DNA of 64,000 bases from Anaerolineales bacterium (GCA_020060235.1 JAGVAO010000067.1:1257-65256), one strand, 5' to 3'; positions 9,209 through 18,806 are shown, counted from the stretch's first letter. Numbers and translations: made by a program. The notes: generated by a model not told the origin, from the sequence alone.

Positions 9209-10114
9209 ATGGGAAAAGCCCGCCTTTTAATTACCGAAGATGATGTTGACATCTCCAACATGCTCAAAATATATTTCTCTGGCTTGGGCTATGATGTGGA
9301 TGTTGCCATGCGCGGCTCTGACGCGCTGGAGAAAACGCGCCAGGTCTTGCCCCACCTTATCGTCCTCGATATCATGCTGCCCGATATTGATGGCTACGAG
9401 GTTTGCCGCAACCTGCGAATGAACACCCGCACCAGCCATATCCCGGTCATTTTCCTGACCCAGAAGGACGAGCGCAGTGACCGCTTGCAGGGCCTCGAAC
9501 TGGGCGCGGATGATTATATTACCAAGCCTTTCGACATCGAGGAACTAAAACTGCGCGTCCAGGGCGCGATTCGTCGCTCGGAGCGCGAGAGTTTGACAGA
9601 CCCCCGTTCCGGCTTACCGGCGGGACGGCTCATCGAAGAGCAGTTACGCAAGATTATCCGCGAAACGGGCTGGGCCTACCTTGATATGCGCATCAACAAC
9701 TTTGACCCGTTCAAAGACGTTTATGGCTTTGTCGCCGGGGACGATGTTTTGCGCTTTACCGGCATGTTGATTGGCGAAGTGCTCGACGAATTGGGCACCT
9801 CCTCCGATTTTGTCGGCCACGCAGGCGGGGATAACTTCATCATCATTACTACTGAAGGGGCCGCCCCTGTGATTGGTGAGCGTCTGAAAGAACGTTTTGC
9901 CGAGCAAGTTCTGACCCACTACAATTTTATGGACCGCCAGCAGGGCTATATTATGGCACCCGGCGCAGAAGGACAGAGCGAAAAATTCCCACTTATGACG
10001 CTCGCAGTGGGGACCGTGATGCCGACCAAACAGTCCTTTGCTGATATTCGTGAGATAACGGAATTGGCTGCCGAAGCGCGTCGTCAGGATGCCGCTAACG
10101 CGGTAAAAGGATAG
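9209..10114 (+). CDS. response regulator: receiver domain plus a degenerate GGDEF-like domain
   Basis: REC domain (LLITEDDVD...LIVLDIMLPDIDG...ITKPF) followed by a GGDEF fold (DMRINNFDPFKDVYGFVAGDDVL...). The signature reads HAGGDNF instead of RxGGDEF/GGEEF. Confidence 0.75.
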   Translation: MGKARLLITEDDVDISNMLKIYFSGLGYDVDVAMRGSDALEKTRQVLPHLIVLDIMLPDIDGYEVCRNLRMNTRTSHIPVIFLTQKDERSDRLQGLELGADDYITKPFDIEELKLRVQGAIRRSERESLTDPRSGLPAGRLIEEQLRKIIRETGWAYLDMRINNFDPFKDVYGFVAGDDVLRFTGMLIGEVLDELGTSSDFVGHAGGDNFIIITTEGAAPVIGERLKERFAEQVLTHYNFMDRQQGYIMAPGAEGQSEKFPLMTLAVGTVMPTKQSFADIREITELAAEARRQDAANAVKG

Positions 10115-10120
10115 CATCCA

Positions 10121-13100
10121 ATGTTTGATGGGCAATCTTTTGCCTTGGGCATGGGTTTGCTTATTATTGGGCTGGTTTTTGTTTTGGGCGTTTGGTTTGT
10201 CTTGCGGGTAGTGCCGCGCGTCAAACCCGCCGAACAACAACCGGCGCAATTTGTTGCAACCCGCCTGCAAGAGCACGAAGATGCCATCCTGATTGTGCAA
10301 ACAGGCGGGCGTATCACCTACCTGAACGAAGCTGCCAAAGAGTTGTTCGACCTGGCAGAGGGGGAAAATCCGAACCTCGACCGCATAGGCCGCCGTGTGC
10401 GGCCCGGGGAAACATTTTTAGAAATATGCGCCTCACAGGGTCAGGCGCGTTTTTCAATTAATGGCAGGTTGGTTGAGGCCAATTCTTATCCGATTCCAGG
10501 TTCAGTTCCGTCCATGATGGTTGCCATTCGGGTGCTGAAAAGCGCTCTGGCAGTTGCCAGCCAGGACGGTCTTTCTGAAAACGCCCTCAAGACAGTTACC
10601 GATTTTGGTCAGGCTGTCACTTCTGACTTAAGCCTTGAAGCCACTATTCAATCCATCCTGATTCATGTTGAGCAACTGGTTGCCTCGGACTTTTTGGAGT
10701 TGAAGGTTTGGAATGAAGCGCTGGAAAGTTTTACCTTTTACCGCATGAGCGGCGCGGAAGGAACGGTTCGCAGTGTCAGGGCAGAGTCGGAAACCCAGTT
10801 TGGGGAATATGCAAACTATATTTTTTCTGAAAAGCGCGAACTTGTTCTCGAAAATACCCGATTAAACCCCCTGGTGCGCTTTGATTCAAATGGCCGCCAG
10901 GTGCCGCCGATGGGTTCTTACATCGGCCTGCCTTTGCAGACATCCGACCAGTTTGTTGGCGTGCTGGAGGTGGGCGTAGTACAGGGTGACGGTTTCTCGA
11001 ACGATGATGTTGCCATTTTGAAAATGTTGAGCGGGCAGGCGGCGGTTGCCATCCGCAATGCCCGCCTGTATAAGTCGCAGGAGAACCTGACCACACAACT
11101 GCTCGGGTTGACGAAACTATCCCAGGCGGTTGGCTCTCTGCGCGATATTAGCGACCTTTTTACCAGCCTTGTTGACGGGCTGGTTCCCTTGTTTAATGTA
11201 AACATTCTTGGATTTTTGCTTTACGATGAGCAGCGCCGTTCGCTTGAGGGGCAATCCCCGTTCTTCGGGCTTTCCTCCCAGGTTGTTGATATTTACAAGA
11301 CCGTGATTCGGCCCGGCAGCCCGGCAGAGAAGCTTGTTTTCAGCCAGGACGTTCTTACCAGCCAGGATGCCTCCATTGACCCGGTATGGGACGAACTGGG
11401 CCTGCGCGATATGGCCCAGGCGGCCAGTATGCGCGACACCACCATGATTCCGCTTATTTCGGCGGGCCGTTTCCTGGGCTACCTGCAACTCTCGAATCAT
11501 AAATACGGCAACCTGAATTTAAGCCCGGATGAATTGCAACTGTTGAACCTGGTTGCCAACCAGGTGGCAGCCATGATTGATAACGCGCTTCTCGTGCAAC
11601 AAGCGCGTCAGAGAAACCAGCGTTCTGAAGCCATGCGTCGTTTGGCTAGTATGGTGAGTTCCAATGCGACACTGGACGAAGTGTTGACATTTGCCCTCCA
11701 GGAAGCCTCGCAACTTTTGCGCGCTGAGATGGCCGCCACTTTCCTGCTTAACGAGCGGGAGGGGGTCATGCGCGCCCATATTCCTTCAGTTTATGGTCTT
11801 GATGCTGAAAAGGTCAAACCGCTGGCGCGGATTAATGTCAAGCCCTCTGCTTTTCACCAGACGGTTGCGGGCAGCCAGCGCGCTTTTCTTTCGGGCAATC
11901 TTTCAAAAGACCGCAGGGTTTTGCCGCTTTATCGCGCTTTTGTAAGAAGGCTGAAAATTGAGTCGTGTATTGTTATCCCGCTGGTTGTGCGCGGACAGGG
12001 AATTGGCGAGTTGATGTTCGGCTCACAAAACATGGATTTGTTCAATAACCATGATTTGCAAATGGCGGCCATTATCGGCAGCCAACTGGCGATTGCGATT
12101 GAAAATTCGCGCTACTCGACCCAGTCGCAGGATAATTTGTATTTGCGCTCGGAACAAACAGGCAATGTTAGCCGTATCTCGCGTGAACTGGCCGTCACGA
12201 CTGATTTGAAGGAATTGTTGCGCGTTATCTACGACGAAAGTATGCGTATTTCCCGCGCCGATTGCGGCCTGGTCCTGTTTTTCGATGTCTCCGGCGAAGA
12301 AATGCCGGAGAATCCCGTCGTTACCATGCACCTGGGTCATTCCCCCGAAACCGAATCGTTCTGGCAGCAAACAGCCATCCTGGAAAAACAGGAACCCCTT
12401 CGTGTCGAAAAACCCGGGGAGACTGTACCGCATCCGGGCGTCAATACGGTGCTGGTTGTGCCAATGGCCTACCAGGATTTCGTGCTGGGCGTCATCGAAT
12501 TGCATTCCTTTGAAGAAGGCTTTTTCAACGAAATCCTGGTTGAAACCATTCATACCCTGGGCATCCAGGCGGCCATCGCCATTTCCAACGCGCTGCGTTT
12601 GCGGGAACAAAAACAACGCCTGGAATTGCTCCGCAGCCGCTCGGAAACCCTCTCGACCCTGTTTGAAACCTCACGCGCTTTGCGCCCCGACCAGCCGTTG
12701 CAAGACAGGCTGCAAATCATTGCCAGCGGCATTCAACGTTCGACCCCCTTTGATGTCATCCTGATTAGCCTTTACGAGGCTGAAACGACCTCGCTAAAGC
12801 GGGTTACTTCAGTTGGCGTCCCCGACGAGACCTTTGCAAAATTACAGGAACGTCAGCCGTCCTGGGAAAGCCTGGCGCAATTGCTCAGGCCCGAGTTTGA
12901 ACACGGTACCAACATCTACTTTATCCCCAATGACCGCATGCCGGTCGTTTCGCGGGATGTGCAGGTGGTGACCTTGATGGAAGACTCGAGCGATGTGCCC
13001 AACGCCTGGCATCCTGAGGACCTGTTGCTTGTCCCGGTCTTCGACGGGCAGAATAATCCCCTGGGCTTGATAAGCGTCGATTCCCCGCGCGACGGTAGGA

Positions 13101-16100
13101 GACCCGATGCCGTTGCCATGGAGGCACTTGAGATTTTTGCCTCCCAACTCCAGGTGGTCATCTCCAATGCCAGCCAGTTTGCCGAACTGGACAAAGAAAT
13201 TTCGGGCCTGTCTTTTGAAGTTCAGCGGCAAAAGAGTCTGGTCAGTTATAGCCAGCGCAACCTGCCGGTATTGCTCAACAAAGACCTTGAGCAGACCGTT
13301 GCGATTAACTATCTTAACCTGCGCGGGCGGCATATCCGCGCCGGGTTGGGCCTGACCGAGGCGATTAGCCGTCAAATCGACCTGGTATCTGCCCTCGACG
13401 CGCTGGGGCGGCAAATTTTGTTCAGTTTTGACATGACAGTTTCCATCGTGGCGAGGGAAACTGCCGAGGGGCCGCAAATTGTGCATGTGTTTGGCGGTGT
13501 GCCGCGCGGTGTCAACCCTGACGCGATGTTTGGCCAGCGCAACCCCTTGCGCCAGTGCTTGCAAACCGGCGAGGCGATAATTTCTCCCAACCTCGATGAA
13601 GACGAAACCTGGCACGATACGCCTTTCCTGACCGCGCTGAAAACCAAATCATTTATCTGTCTTCCAATGGTGGTGAACAACCTGCCTGTGGCGGCTGTCC
13701 TGGCTACCAACCCCGAACCGATGCCGATGTTGTCGAAGGATGACTGGCAGGTTTATGTTCAAATTGGCAGGCAGCTTTCGGTCATTGTCCAGAATATCGG
13801 TTTGTTGAGCGAAACCCGACAGCGCCTTGAAGAAGTCAACCTGTTGCTGGACTTTAGCCGTCGCTTAAGCGGCCTTAACCCACAGGGAATTTTGCAATCG
13901 CTGCTTGATAGCGCCTTGCGCGTTGTCTCTGCCGCCCATGCAGGTGTTGTCTTGCAGTGGGACGAAGTCGATGAAGTGCTTGTCCCGCGCGCCGCCGCCA
14001 ATTATGTAGACAATGACAGCACAATGGAAATTACCTATCGCCTGTCGGAGGGTTTGCCGGGCCGGGTGTTTGCCAGCCAGCGCGCGCAAATTGTCGATGA
14101 AATCAACTTTACGTCCGACTACAATCTTTCGGCTGAAGGCTTGTTGCGCTACCGAAAGGCCACCGGTGGACGTTTGCCTGTTTCGAGCATTGCCATTCCC
14201 ATCCAGACCAATGAACGCAATATGGGTATTCTCGTCCTCGATAACTTCAACACCACTGCTGCGTTCAGGCAGGAGGATGAGGCCATTCTTTCGTCCCTGA
14301 CCCAGCAGGTTGCCCTCTCGCTCGAAAATGTCCGCCTGGTGCAGGCAACCCAGGAGCGCGCTGCCCAACTCCAGGCGTTGAACCAGGTCGCGGGTGCGAT
14401 TAGTTCTTCGCTCAACCGTGAGGAACTGGTCGCTTCGTTGCTCGACCACCTTAGCGCGGTAATTGCCTACGATACGGCCATCCTGTGGATGCGTGACGAG
14501 CAGCAGATGGTGGTGGCCGAAGCGCGCGGCTTTAGTGATACCGAAGACCGCAAGGGTTTGACGGTTTCGGTTGAAGACAGTGTCCTGCTCAGGGAAATGA
14601 CCGGTTCGGGCCAGGCAATTTCGGTTGGCGACGTTCGCGCCGATGAGCGTTTCTCCTCGCTGGTCGAGGCTGAGTACCTTTCGTGGTTGGGCCTGCCGAT
14701 TATGGTAAAGGGCAATGTCATCGGCGTTATTGCGGTTGAGAAGACCGAATCCTATTACTATAGCATTGAGCAAATTCAACTGGCTGAAACTTTTGCCAGC
14801 CAGGCGGCGGTTGCCCTGGAAAATGCCATCCTGTTCGAGGACAGCATGAGCCGCACAGCGGAGCTGGACGAACGCTCGCAACGCCTGGCTTTGCTGAATC
14901 AGTTCTCCTCCGATTTGAGCGGCTCGCTTAATGCGGACCAGGTACTACGGCTGACAGCCAGCCAGCTTATGCGCGCAGTCGGCGCCGATTCGGCCATGAT
15001 TTTGGTGCTCGACCGTGACGAGAAGTCTTTCCTGTTGGCTGTCTTGCCGGAAGAAAACGAACGGCCCTCCATGTATCGCGCCTTGCCGGCATCTTCGATT
15101 ATTTCCGAATTGCGCGAGTCGCAAACGGTTTATGTAGTCGATGACATCACAGCGCACCGGGAACTGCAATCCTTCTCCGAATTCCTTGAGGGTTCGCGTT
15201 CCCTGCTCATCCTGCCCGTCTTTAGCAGCCAGAGCAACTATGCCATATTGGCGATGACCACCCAGCCGCACATGTTTTCTTCGACAGAGATTGAAATTGC
15301 CCGCACACTGGGCAACCAGGCTGCTATCGCGCTTGAAAATGCTGACCTGTACCAATCGACCGTGGCGACTGCCGAACGGTTGGCCATCCTGAACCAGGTA
15401 AGTTTTGAAATCGGTTCGAACCTCGACCCCGAGGAAGTTTACCGCTCGATTCACGAGGCGGTTGGCAAACTGATGCCTATCGACGCCTTTGTGATTGCCC
15501 TGCATGACGAAGAAACCAACGAAGTCGACGGTGTCTACATTGTCGACTTGGGACAGCGCATCACCGGTGTGCGCCTGCCCTATGGACAGGGATTGAGCGG
15601 CAAGGTGATTGCCTCCGGCGAACCCCTCTTGACCCTGACTCCCGCTGAAGCCGACGGCCAGGGCGCTGTAACGGTTGGGGAAAGGGGTACCCCGAACTCG
15701 ATTGTCGCCGTCCCCATGATTCAGGGAAACAAAACCATTGGCATGCTCTCGGCCCAGAGTTACCAGCATAACGCCTACTCTGAAAATGATATCCAGATGC
15801 TCAGTACCCTGGCCAACCAGGCGACTGTGGCTGTCCAAAACGGACGCCTGTTCTCTGAAACCCAACAGTTGGCGGCCACCCTTGAACAGCGCGTCATTGA
15901 ACGCACTTCCGAACTGGAACGCGAGCAACGCAACACTGAAACCCTGTTGCGCATTCTGACCGAGGTTTCGGCCAGCCTCGACCTCGACCGCGCCTTGAGC
16001 CGAACCCTGGCCTTGCTCAACGATGCCATCGGCGCCGAACAAGGTACCATCATGCTTGTCAACCCCGAAGACAACATGTTGCATTATCGGGCGGGTTATG

Positions 16101-17566
16101 GCTACCTGAGCGACACTTCTGAACAGACCGATTTGCGACCCCACCAAAGCACCTTTAAGCTAAAGGTGGGTGAAGGCCTTGCTGGTTGGGTGGTCAAGAA
16201 CCGCCAGCCGGTTATGGTGGAAGACTTGTATACCGACCCGCGCTGGGTGGTTTCGCAAGGCTCGCAAAATCATCGCAGCGCTGTGATTGCTCCGCTGATG
16301 GTTGGCGAAGACATCATTGGCGCCATCATGGTTTTCCACCGGCGGCTGGCCTATTTCACCGATGACTCTCTTGAAATGGTGCAGGCGATTGGTTCGCAGG
16401 TGGCAATTGCGATTAACAATGCCCAACTGTACGAACTTATCCGCGACCAGGCCGAGCGTCTTGGCTCCTATCTGCGCTCGCAGCAAATGGAAGCCAGCCG
16501 CCAGACAGCCATCCTCGAGGCGGTTGCCGACGGTGTCCTGGTGACCAACTCATCTAACGACATCAGTTTTGTCAACCCGTCTGCGGAAAAAATTCTTAAC
16601 ATTAGCCTGCCACAGGTTGAAGGACGTTCGCTCGAAAACTTTACCGGCCTGTTTGGCAAAAGCTCCCAGACCTGGATGCAAACCGTCCGCGAATGGTCTG
16701 AAGACTCGACCGGCCACACCGGCGAGACCTATGCCGAGCAAATCAGTCTTGATGATGGGCGGGTGGTGCTGGTTCACCTTGCGCCGGTTATCTGGCAGAG
16801 TGAGTTCCTGGGAACGGTATCCATTTTCCGCGATATTACCCATGAAGTCGAAGTCGACCGGTTAAAATCGGAATTCGTTGCCACCGTCAGCCATGAATTG
16901 CGCACGCCGATGACCTCCATTCGCGGGTATGTCGATATCCTGCTCATGGGTGCGGCTGGTGAGTTGACTGAAAGTCAGTTACACTTTTTGGACATTGTCA
17001 AAAACAACACCGAGCGCCTGAATGTCCTGGTCAACGACCTGCTCGACATTTCGCGCATCGAAACGGGGCGCGTTGTCCTCAGCCTGCAACCGATGGATTT
17101 GCGCGAGGTGGCCGAGGAAATTGTGGCTGATGTTTTGCGCCGCTCGCAGGAAGAAAACAAGCCGATGGCGGTCGTGGTGGATGCCGACCCCAAACTGCCG
17201 ATGGCGATGGTTGACCCCGACCGAATTCACCAGATTATGGGCAACCTGGTCGATAATGCATATAATTACAGCCCGCCCGACGGACACATTGCCATTCGCA
17301 TTCACACCCAGAATGGCGATGTGCAGGTGGATGTCCGTGATAGCGGGGTCGGCATTCCCCTGGAAGACCAGGACAGGGTCTTCGAGCGTTTCTTCCGCGG
17401 CGAAGACCCGCTGGTGCTGGCGACCCCCGGAACCGGCCTTGGGCTTTCGATAGTTTCACAACTGGTCGAAATGCATCATGGAAAAATTTGGATGACCAGT
17501 TCCGGCATACCCGGTGAAGGCAGCACGTTCTCCTTCACCGTGCCAGCCGAAAAGAACGAGGAGTAG
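10121..17566 (+). CDS. giant multi-GAF sensor histidine kinase (TM, PAS-like, 11 GAF, PAS, HisKA, HATPase_c)
   Basis: 2481 aa. N-terminal TM helix. Eleven recurrences of the GAF-terminal helix motif (e.g. LSGQAAVAIRNARLY, TFASQAAVALENAILF, AIGSQVAIAINNAQLY). H-box SEFVATVSHELRTPMTSI, N box MGNLVDNAYNY and G boxes DSGVGIP / GTGLGLSIV. Confidence 0.9.
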   Translation: MFDGQSFALGMGLLIIGLVFVLGVWFVLRVVPRVKPAEQQPAQFVATRLQEHEDAILIVQTGGRITYLNEAAKELFDLAEGENPNLDRIGRRVRPGETFLEICASQGQARFSINGRLVEANSYPIPGSVPSMMVAIRVLKSALAVASQDGLSENALKTVTDFGQAVTSDLSLEATIQSILIHVEQLVASDFLELKVWNEALESFTFYRMSGAEGTVRSVRAESETQFGEYANYIFSEKRELVLENTRLNPLVRFDSNGRQVPPMGSYIGLPLQTSDQFVGVLEVGVVQGDGFSNDDVAILKMLSGQAAVAIRNARLYKSQENLTTQLLGLTKLSQAVGSLRDISDLFTSLVDGLVPLFNVNILGFLLYDEQRRSLEGQSPFFGLSSQVVDIYKTVIRPGSPAEKLVFSQDVLTSQDASIDPVWDELGLRDMAQAASMRDTTMIPLISAGRFLGYLQLSNHKYGNLNLSPDELQLLNLVANQVAAMIDNALLVQQARQRNQRSEAMRRLASMVSSNATLDEVLTFALQEASQLLRAEMAATFLLNEREGVMRAHIPSVYGLDAEKVKPLARINVKPSAFHQTVAGSQRAFLSGNLSKDRRVLPLYRAFVRRLKIESCIVIPLVVRGQGIGELMFGSQNMDLFNNHDLQMAAIIGSQLAIAIENSRYSTQSQDNLYLRSEQTGNVSRISRELAVTTDLKELLRVIYDESMRISRADCGLVLFFDVSGEEMPENPVVTMHLGHSPETESFWQQTAILEKQEPLRVEKPGETVPHPGVNTVLVVPMAYQDFVLGVIELHSFEEGFFNEILVETIHTLGIQAAIAISNALRLREQKQRLELLRSRSETLSTLFETSRALRPDQPLQDRLQIIASGIQRSTPFDVILISLYEAETTSLKRVTSVGVPDETFAKLQERQPSWESLAQLLRPEFEHGTNIYFIPNDRMPVVSRDVQVVTLMEDSSDVPNAWHPEDLLLVPVFDGQNNPLGLISVDSPRDGRRPDAVAMEALEIFASQLQVVISNASQFAELDKEISGLSFEVQRQKSLVSYSQRNLPVLLNKDLEQTVAINYLNLRGRHIRAGLGLTEAISRQIDLVSALDALGRQILFSFDMTVSIVARETAEGPQIVHVFGGVPRGVNPDAMFGQRNPLRQCLQTGEAIISPNLDEDETWHDTPFLTALKTKSFICLPMVVNNLPVAAVLATNPEPMPMLSKDDWQVYVQIGRQLSVIVQNIGLLSETRQRLEEVNLLLDFSRRLSGLNPQGILQSLLDSALRVVSAAHAGVVLQWDEVDEVLVPRAAANYVDNDSTMEITYRLSEGLPGRVFASQRAQIVDEINFTSDYNLSAEGLLRYRKATGGRLPVSSIAIPIQTNERNMGILVLDNFNTTAAFRQEDEAILSSLTQQVALSLENVRLVQATQERAAQLQALNQVAGAISSSLNREELVASLLDHLSAVIAYDTAILWMRDEQQMVVAEARGFSDTEDRKGLTVSVEDSVLLREMTGSGQAISVGDVRADERFSSLVEAEYLSWLGLPIMVKGNVIGVIAVEKTESYYYSIEQIQLAETFASQAAVALENAILFEDSMSRTAELDERSQRLALLNQFSSDLSGSLNADQVLRLTASQLMRAVGADSAMILVLDRDEKSFLLAVLPEENERPSMYRALPASSIISELRESQTVYVVDDITAHRELQSFSEFLEGSRSLLILPVFSSQSNYAILAMTTQPHMFSSTEIEIARTLGNQAAIALENADLYQSTVATAERLAILNQVSFEIGSNLDPEEVYRSIHEAVGKLMPIDAFVIALHDEETNEVDGVYIVDLGQRITGVRLPYGQGLSGKVIASGEPLLTLTPAEADGQGAVTVGERGTPNSIVAVPMIQGNKTIGMLSAQSYQHNAYSENDIQMLSTLANQATVAVQNGRLFSETQQLAATLEQRVIERTSELEREQRNTETLLRILTEVSASLDLDRALSRTLALLNDAIGAEQGTIMLVNPEDNMLHYRAGYGYLSDTSEQTDLRPHQSTFKLKVGEGLAGWVVKNRQPVMVEDLYTDPRWVVSQGSQNHRSAVIAPLMVGEDIIGAIMVFHRRLAYFTDDSLEMVQAIGSQVAIAINNAQLYELIRDQAERLGSYLRSQQMEASRQTAILEAVADGVLVTNSSNDISFVNPSAEKILNISLPQVEGRSLENFTGLFGKSSQTWMQTVREWSEDSTGHTGETYAEQISLDDGRVVLVHLAPVIWQSEFLGTVSIFRDITHEVEVDRLKSEFVATVSHELRTPMTSIRGYVDILLMGAAGELTESQLHFLDIVKNNTERLNVLVNDLLDISRIETGRVVLSLQPMDLREVAEEIVADVLRRSQEENKPMAVVVDADPKLPMAMVDPDRIHQIMGNLVDNAYNYSPPDGHIAIRIHTQNGDVQVDVRDSGVGIPLEDQDRVFERFFRGEDPLVLATPGTGLGLSIVSQLVEMHHGKIWMTSSGIPGEGSTFSFTVPAEKNEE

Positions 17567-17568
17567 GA

Positions 17569-17943
17569 ATGGCAAAAATTGTAGTTGCTGAAGACGAACC
17601 TGATATTCGAGAGTTGATAGCCTTTACCCTGCGTTTTGCCGGGCACGAGGTGATTACAGGTGCCAATGGGTTGGAAGGTTTTGAACTGGCAAAAGAACAC
17701 AAGCCTGACCTGGTTATGCTGGATGTTCGTATGCCCAAAATGACGGGCTATGAAGCCTGCCAGAGCATTAAGGCCACAGCAGAAACGGCCCACATCCCGG
17801 TTGTCTTCCTTTCGGCCAAAGGCCAGGAATCGGAAATAGAACAGGGTCTCTCCGTTGGCGCGGAGCAGTACCTGCTCAAACCTTTCGCGCCCGACCAGTT
17901 GACCGAACAGGTGCGCGAAGTACTGGCGAAGTTCGGAAAATAA
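17569..17943 (+). CDS. single-domain (CheY-like) response regulator
   Basis: 124 aa with VAEDEPDIRE...DLVMLDVRMPKMTG...LLKPF. The start is 2 nt after the kinase stop. GAGGAG RBS. Confidence 0.85.
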   Translation: MAKIVVAEDEPDIRELIAFTLRFAGHEVITGANGLEGFELAKEHKPDLVMLDVRMPKMTGYEACQSIKATAETAHIPVVFLSAKGQESEIEQGLSVGAEQYLLKPFAPDQLTEQVREVLAKFGK

Positions 17944-17968
17944 ACGAAACGGATACTTTCCTGACACA

Positions 17969-18754
17969 ATGAGCGCGATTCTTCTTGACGGTGGCATTGT
18001 TCATTACGAGGTGATTGGCCGCGGGCGGCCTGTCATCTTCCTGCATGGCTGGGTTGGGTCATGGCGTTATTGGATTCCCGCCTTGCAGTCAGCCTCCACC
18101 GATTTTCGCGCCTATGCAGTCGATTTGTGGGGATTTGGCGATACGGCCCGTGAGACAGAACGTTACAGCCTCGATAAACAGGTGGCCTTGCTCGACCAGT
18201 TCTTGCAGGAACTCGGTATGGGGAAGGTTGCCCTGATTGGGCACGGATTGGGCGCAATCGTCGGCCTGCATTTCACCCTGCGCCACCCCAACACCGTTGA
18301 CCGCATCATGGCGATTAATACCCCGGTCGATATCGACGGTGTCAATGCCCGTATGCGAAACGATACCCTGGCGAACCTGGCCGACTGGCTGCTTTCAAAA
18401 AACTCCGAGTCTGAACCGGCCCGCGAGGATGGAGTCCGCGCTGACCCGTTGGCAGTCCAGGCATCTTTCAATAATCCTGAGCAATTTAATTTGACTGGTA
18501 AACTGCTGGGCATGAACAACGCCTGCCTGATGGTGTACGGGCAAAACGACCCGGCCATTACCCTGCCCATGCTTGACCCCAACCTGACCCCCTCGATGAT
18601 TCACCTGCTGCAACTCGAACAGGTCGGGCACTTCCCCATGTTGGACGATTCTGCGGGTTTCAACCGCCTGTTGATTGACTTCCTGGCCCTGCCTTCGGGC
18701 GATAGCCCGCGCAACCTGCAAATGAAGGAAGAGTGGAAGCGCCGCGTGCGCTAA
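17969..18754 (+). CDS. alpha/beta-hydrolase-fold protein lacking the nucleophile Ser (GHGLGA)
   Basis: Paralogue of 5396..6196 (GIVHYEVIGRGRPVIFLHGWVGSW vs GIVHYEVYGRGRPVILLHGWLGSW). The nucleophile elbow reads IGHGLGA (Gly in place of Ser), while the Asp (GQNDP) and His (VGHFPMLD) positions are kept. Confidence 0.8.
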   Translation: MSAILLDGGIVHYEVIGRGRPVIFLHGWVGSWRYWIPALQSASTDFRAYAVDLWGFGDTARETERYSLDKQVALLDQFLQELGMGKVALIGHGLGAIVGLHFTLRHPNTVDRIMAINTPVDIDGVNARMRNDTLANLADWLLSKNSESEPAREDGVRADPLAVQASFNNPEQFNLTGKLLGMNNACLMVYGQNDPAITLPMLDPNLTPSMIHLLQLEQVGHFPMLDDSAGFNRLLIDFLALPSGDSPRNLQMKEEWKRRVR

Positions 18755-18781
18755 CATCGGAATTTAATTCGATTTAAAGAA

Positions 18782-18806
18782 AACGCGCCGAAAGGCGTGT
18801 TTTTGT
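18782..18806 (+). terminator. rho-independent terminator ending the 11-gene operon
   Basis: 'aacgcgcc-gaaa-ggcgtgtt' stem (one G:U pair) followed by TTTTTG. Confidence 0.65.

Noticed and set aside
12842-16147. Several 250-400-aa minus-strand ORFs inside the giant kinase gene (e.g. 12842..13615, 13865..14881, 14945..16147)
   Set aside because: They lie antisense to a continuous 2481-aa ORF with repeated GAF and kinase motifs. No independent signals or motifs support them.
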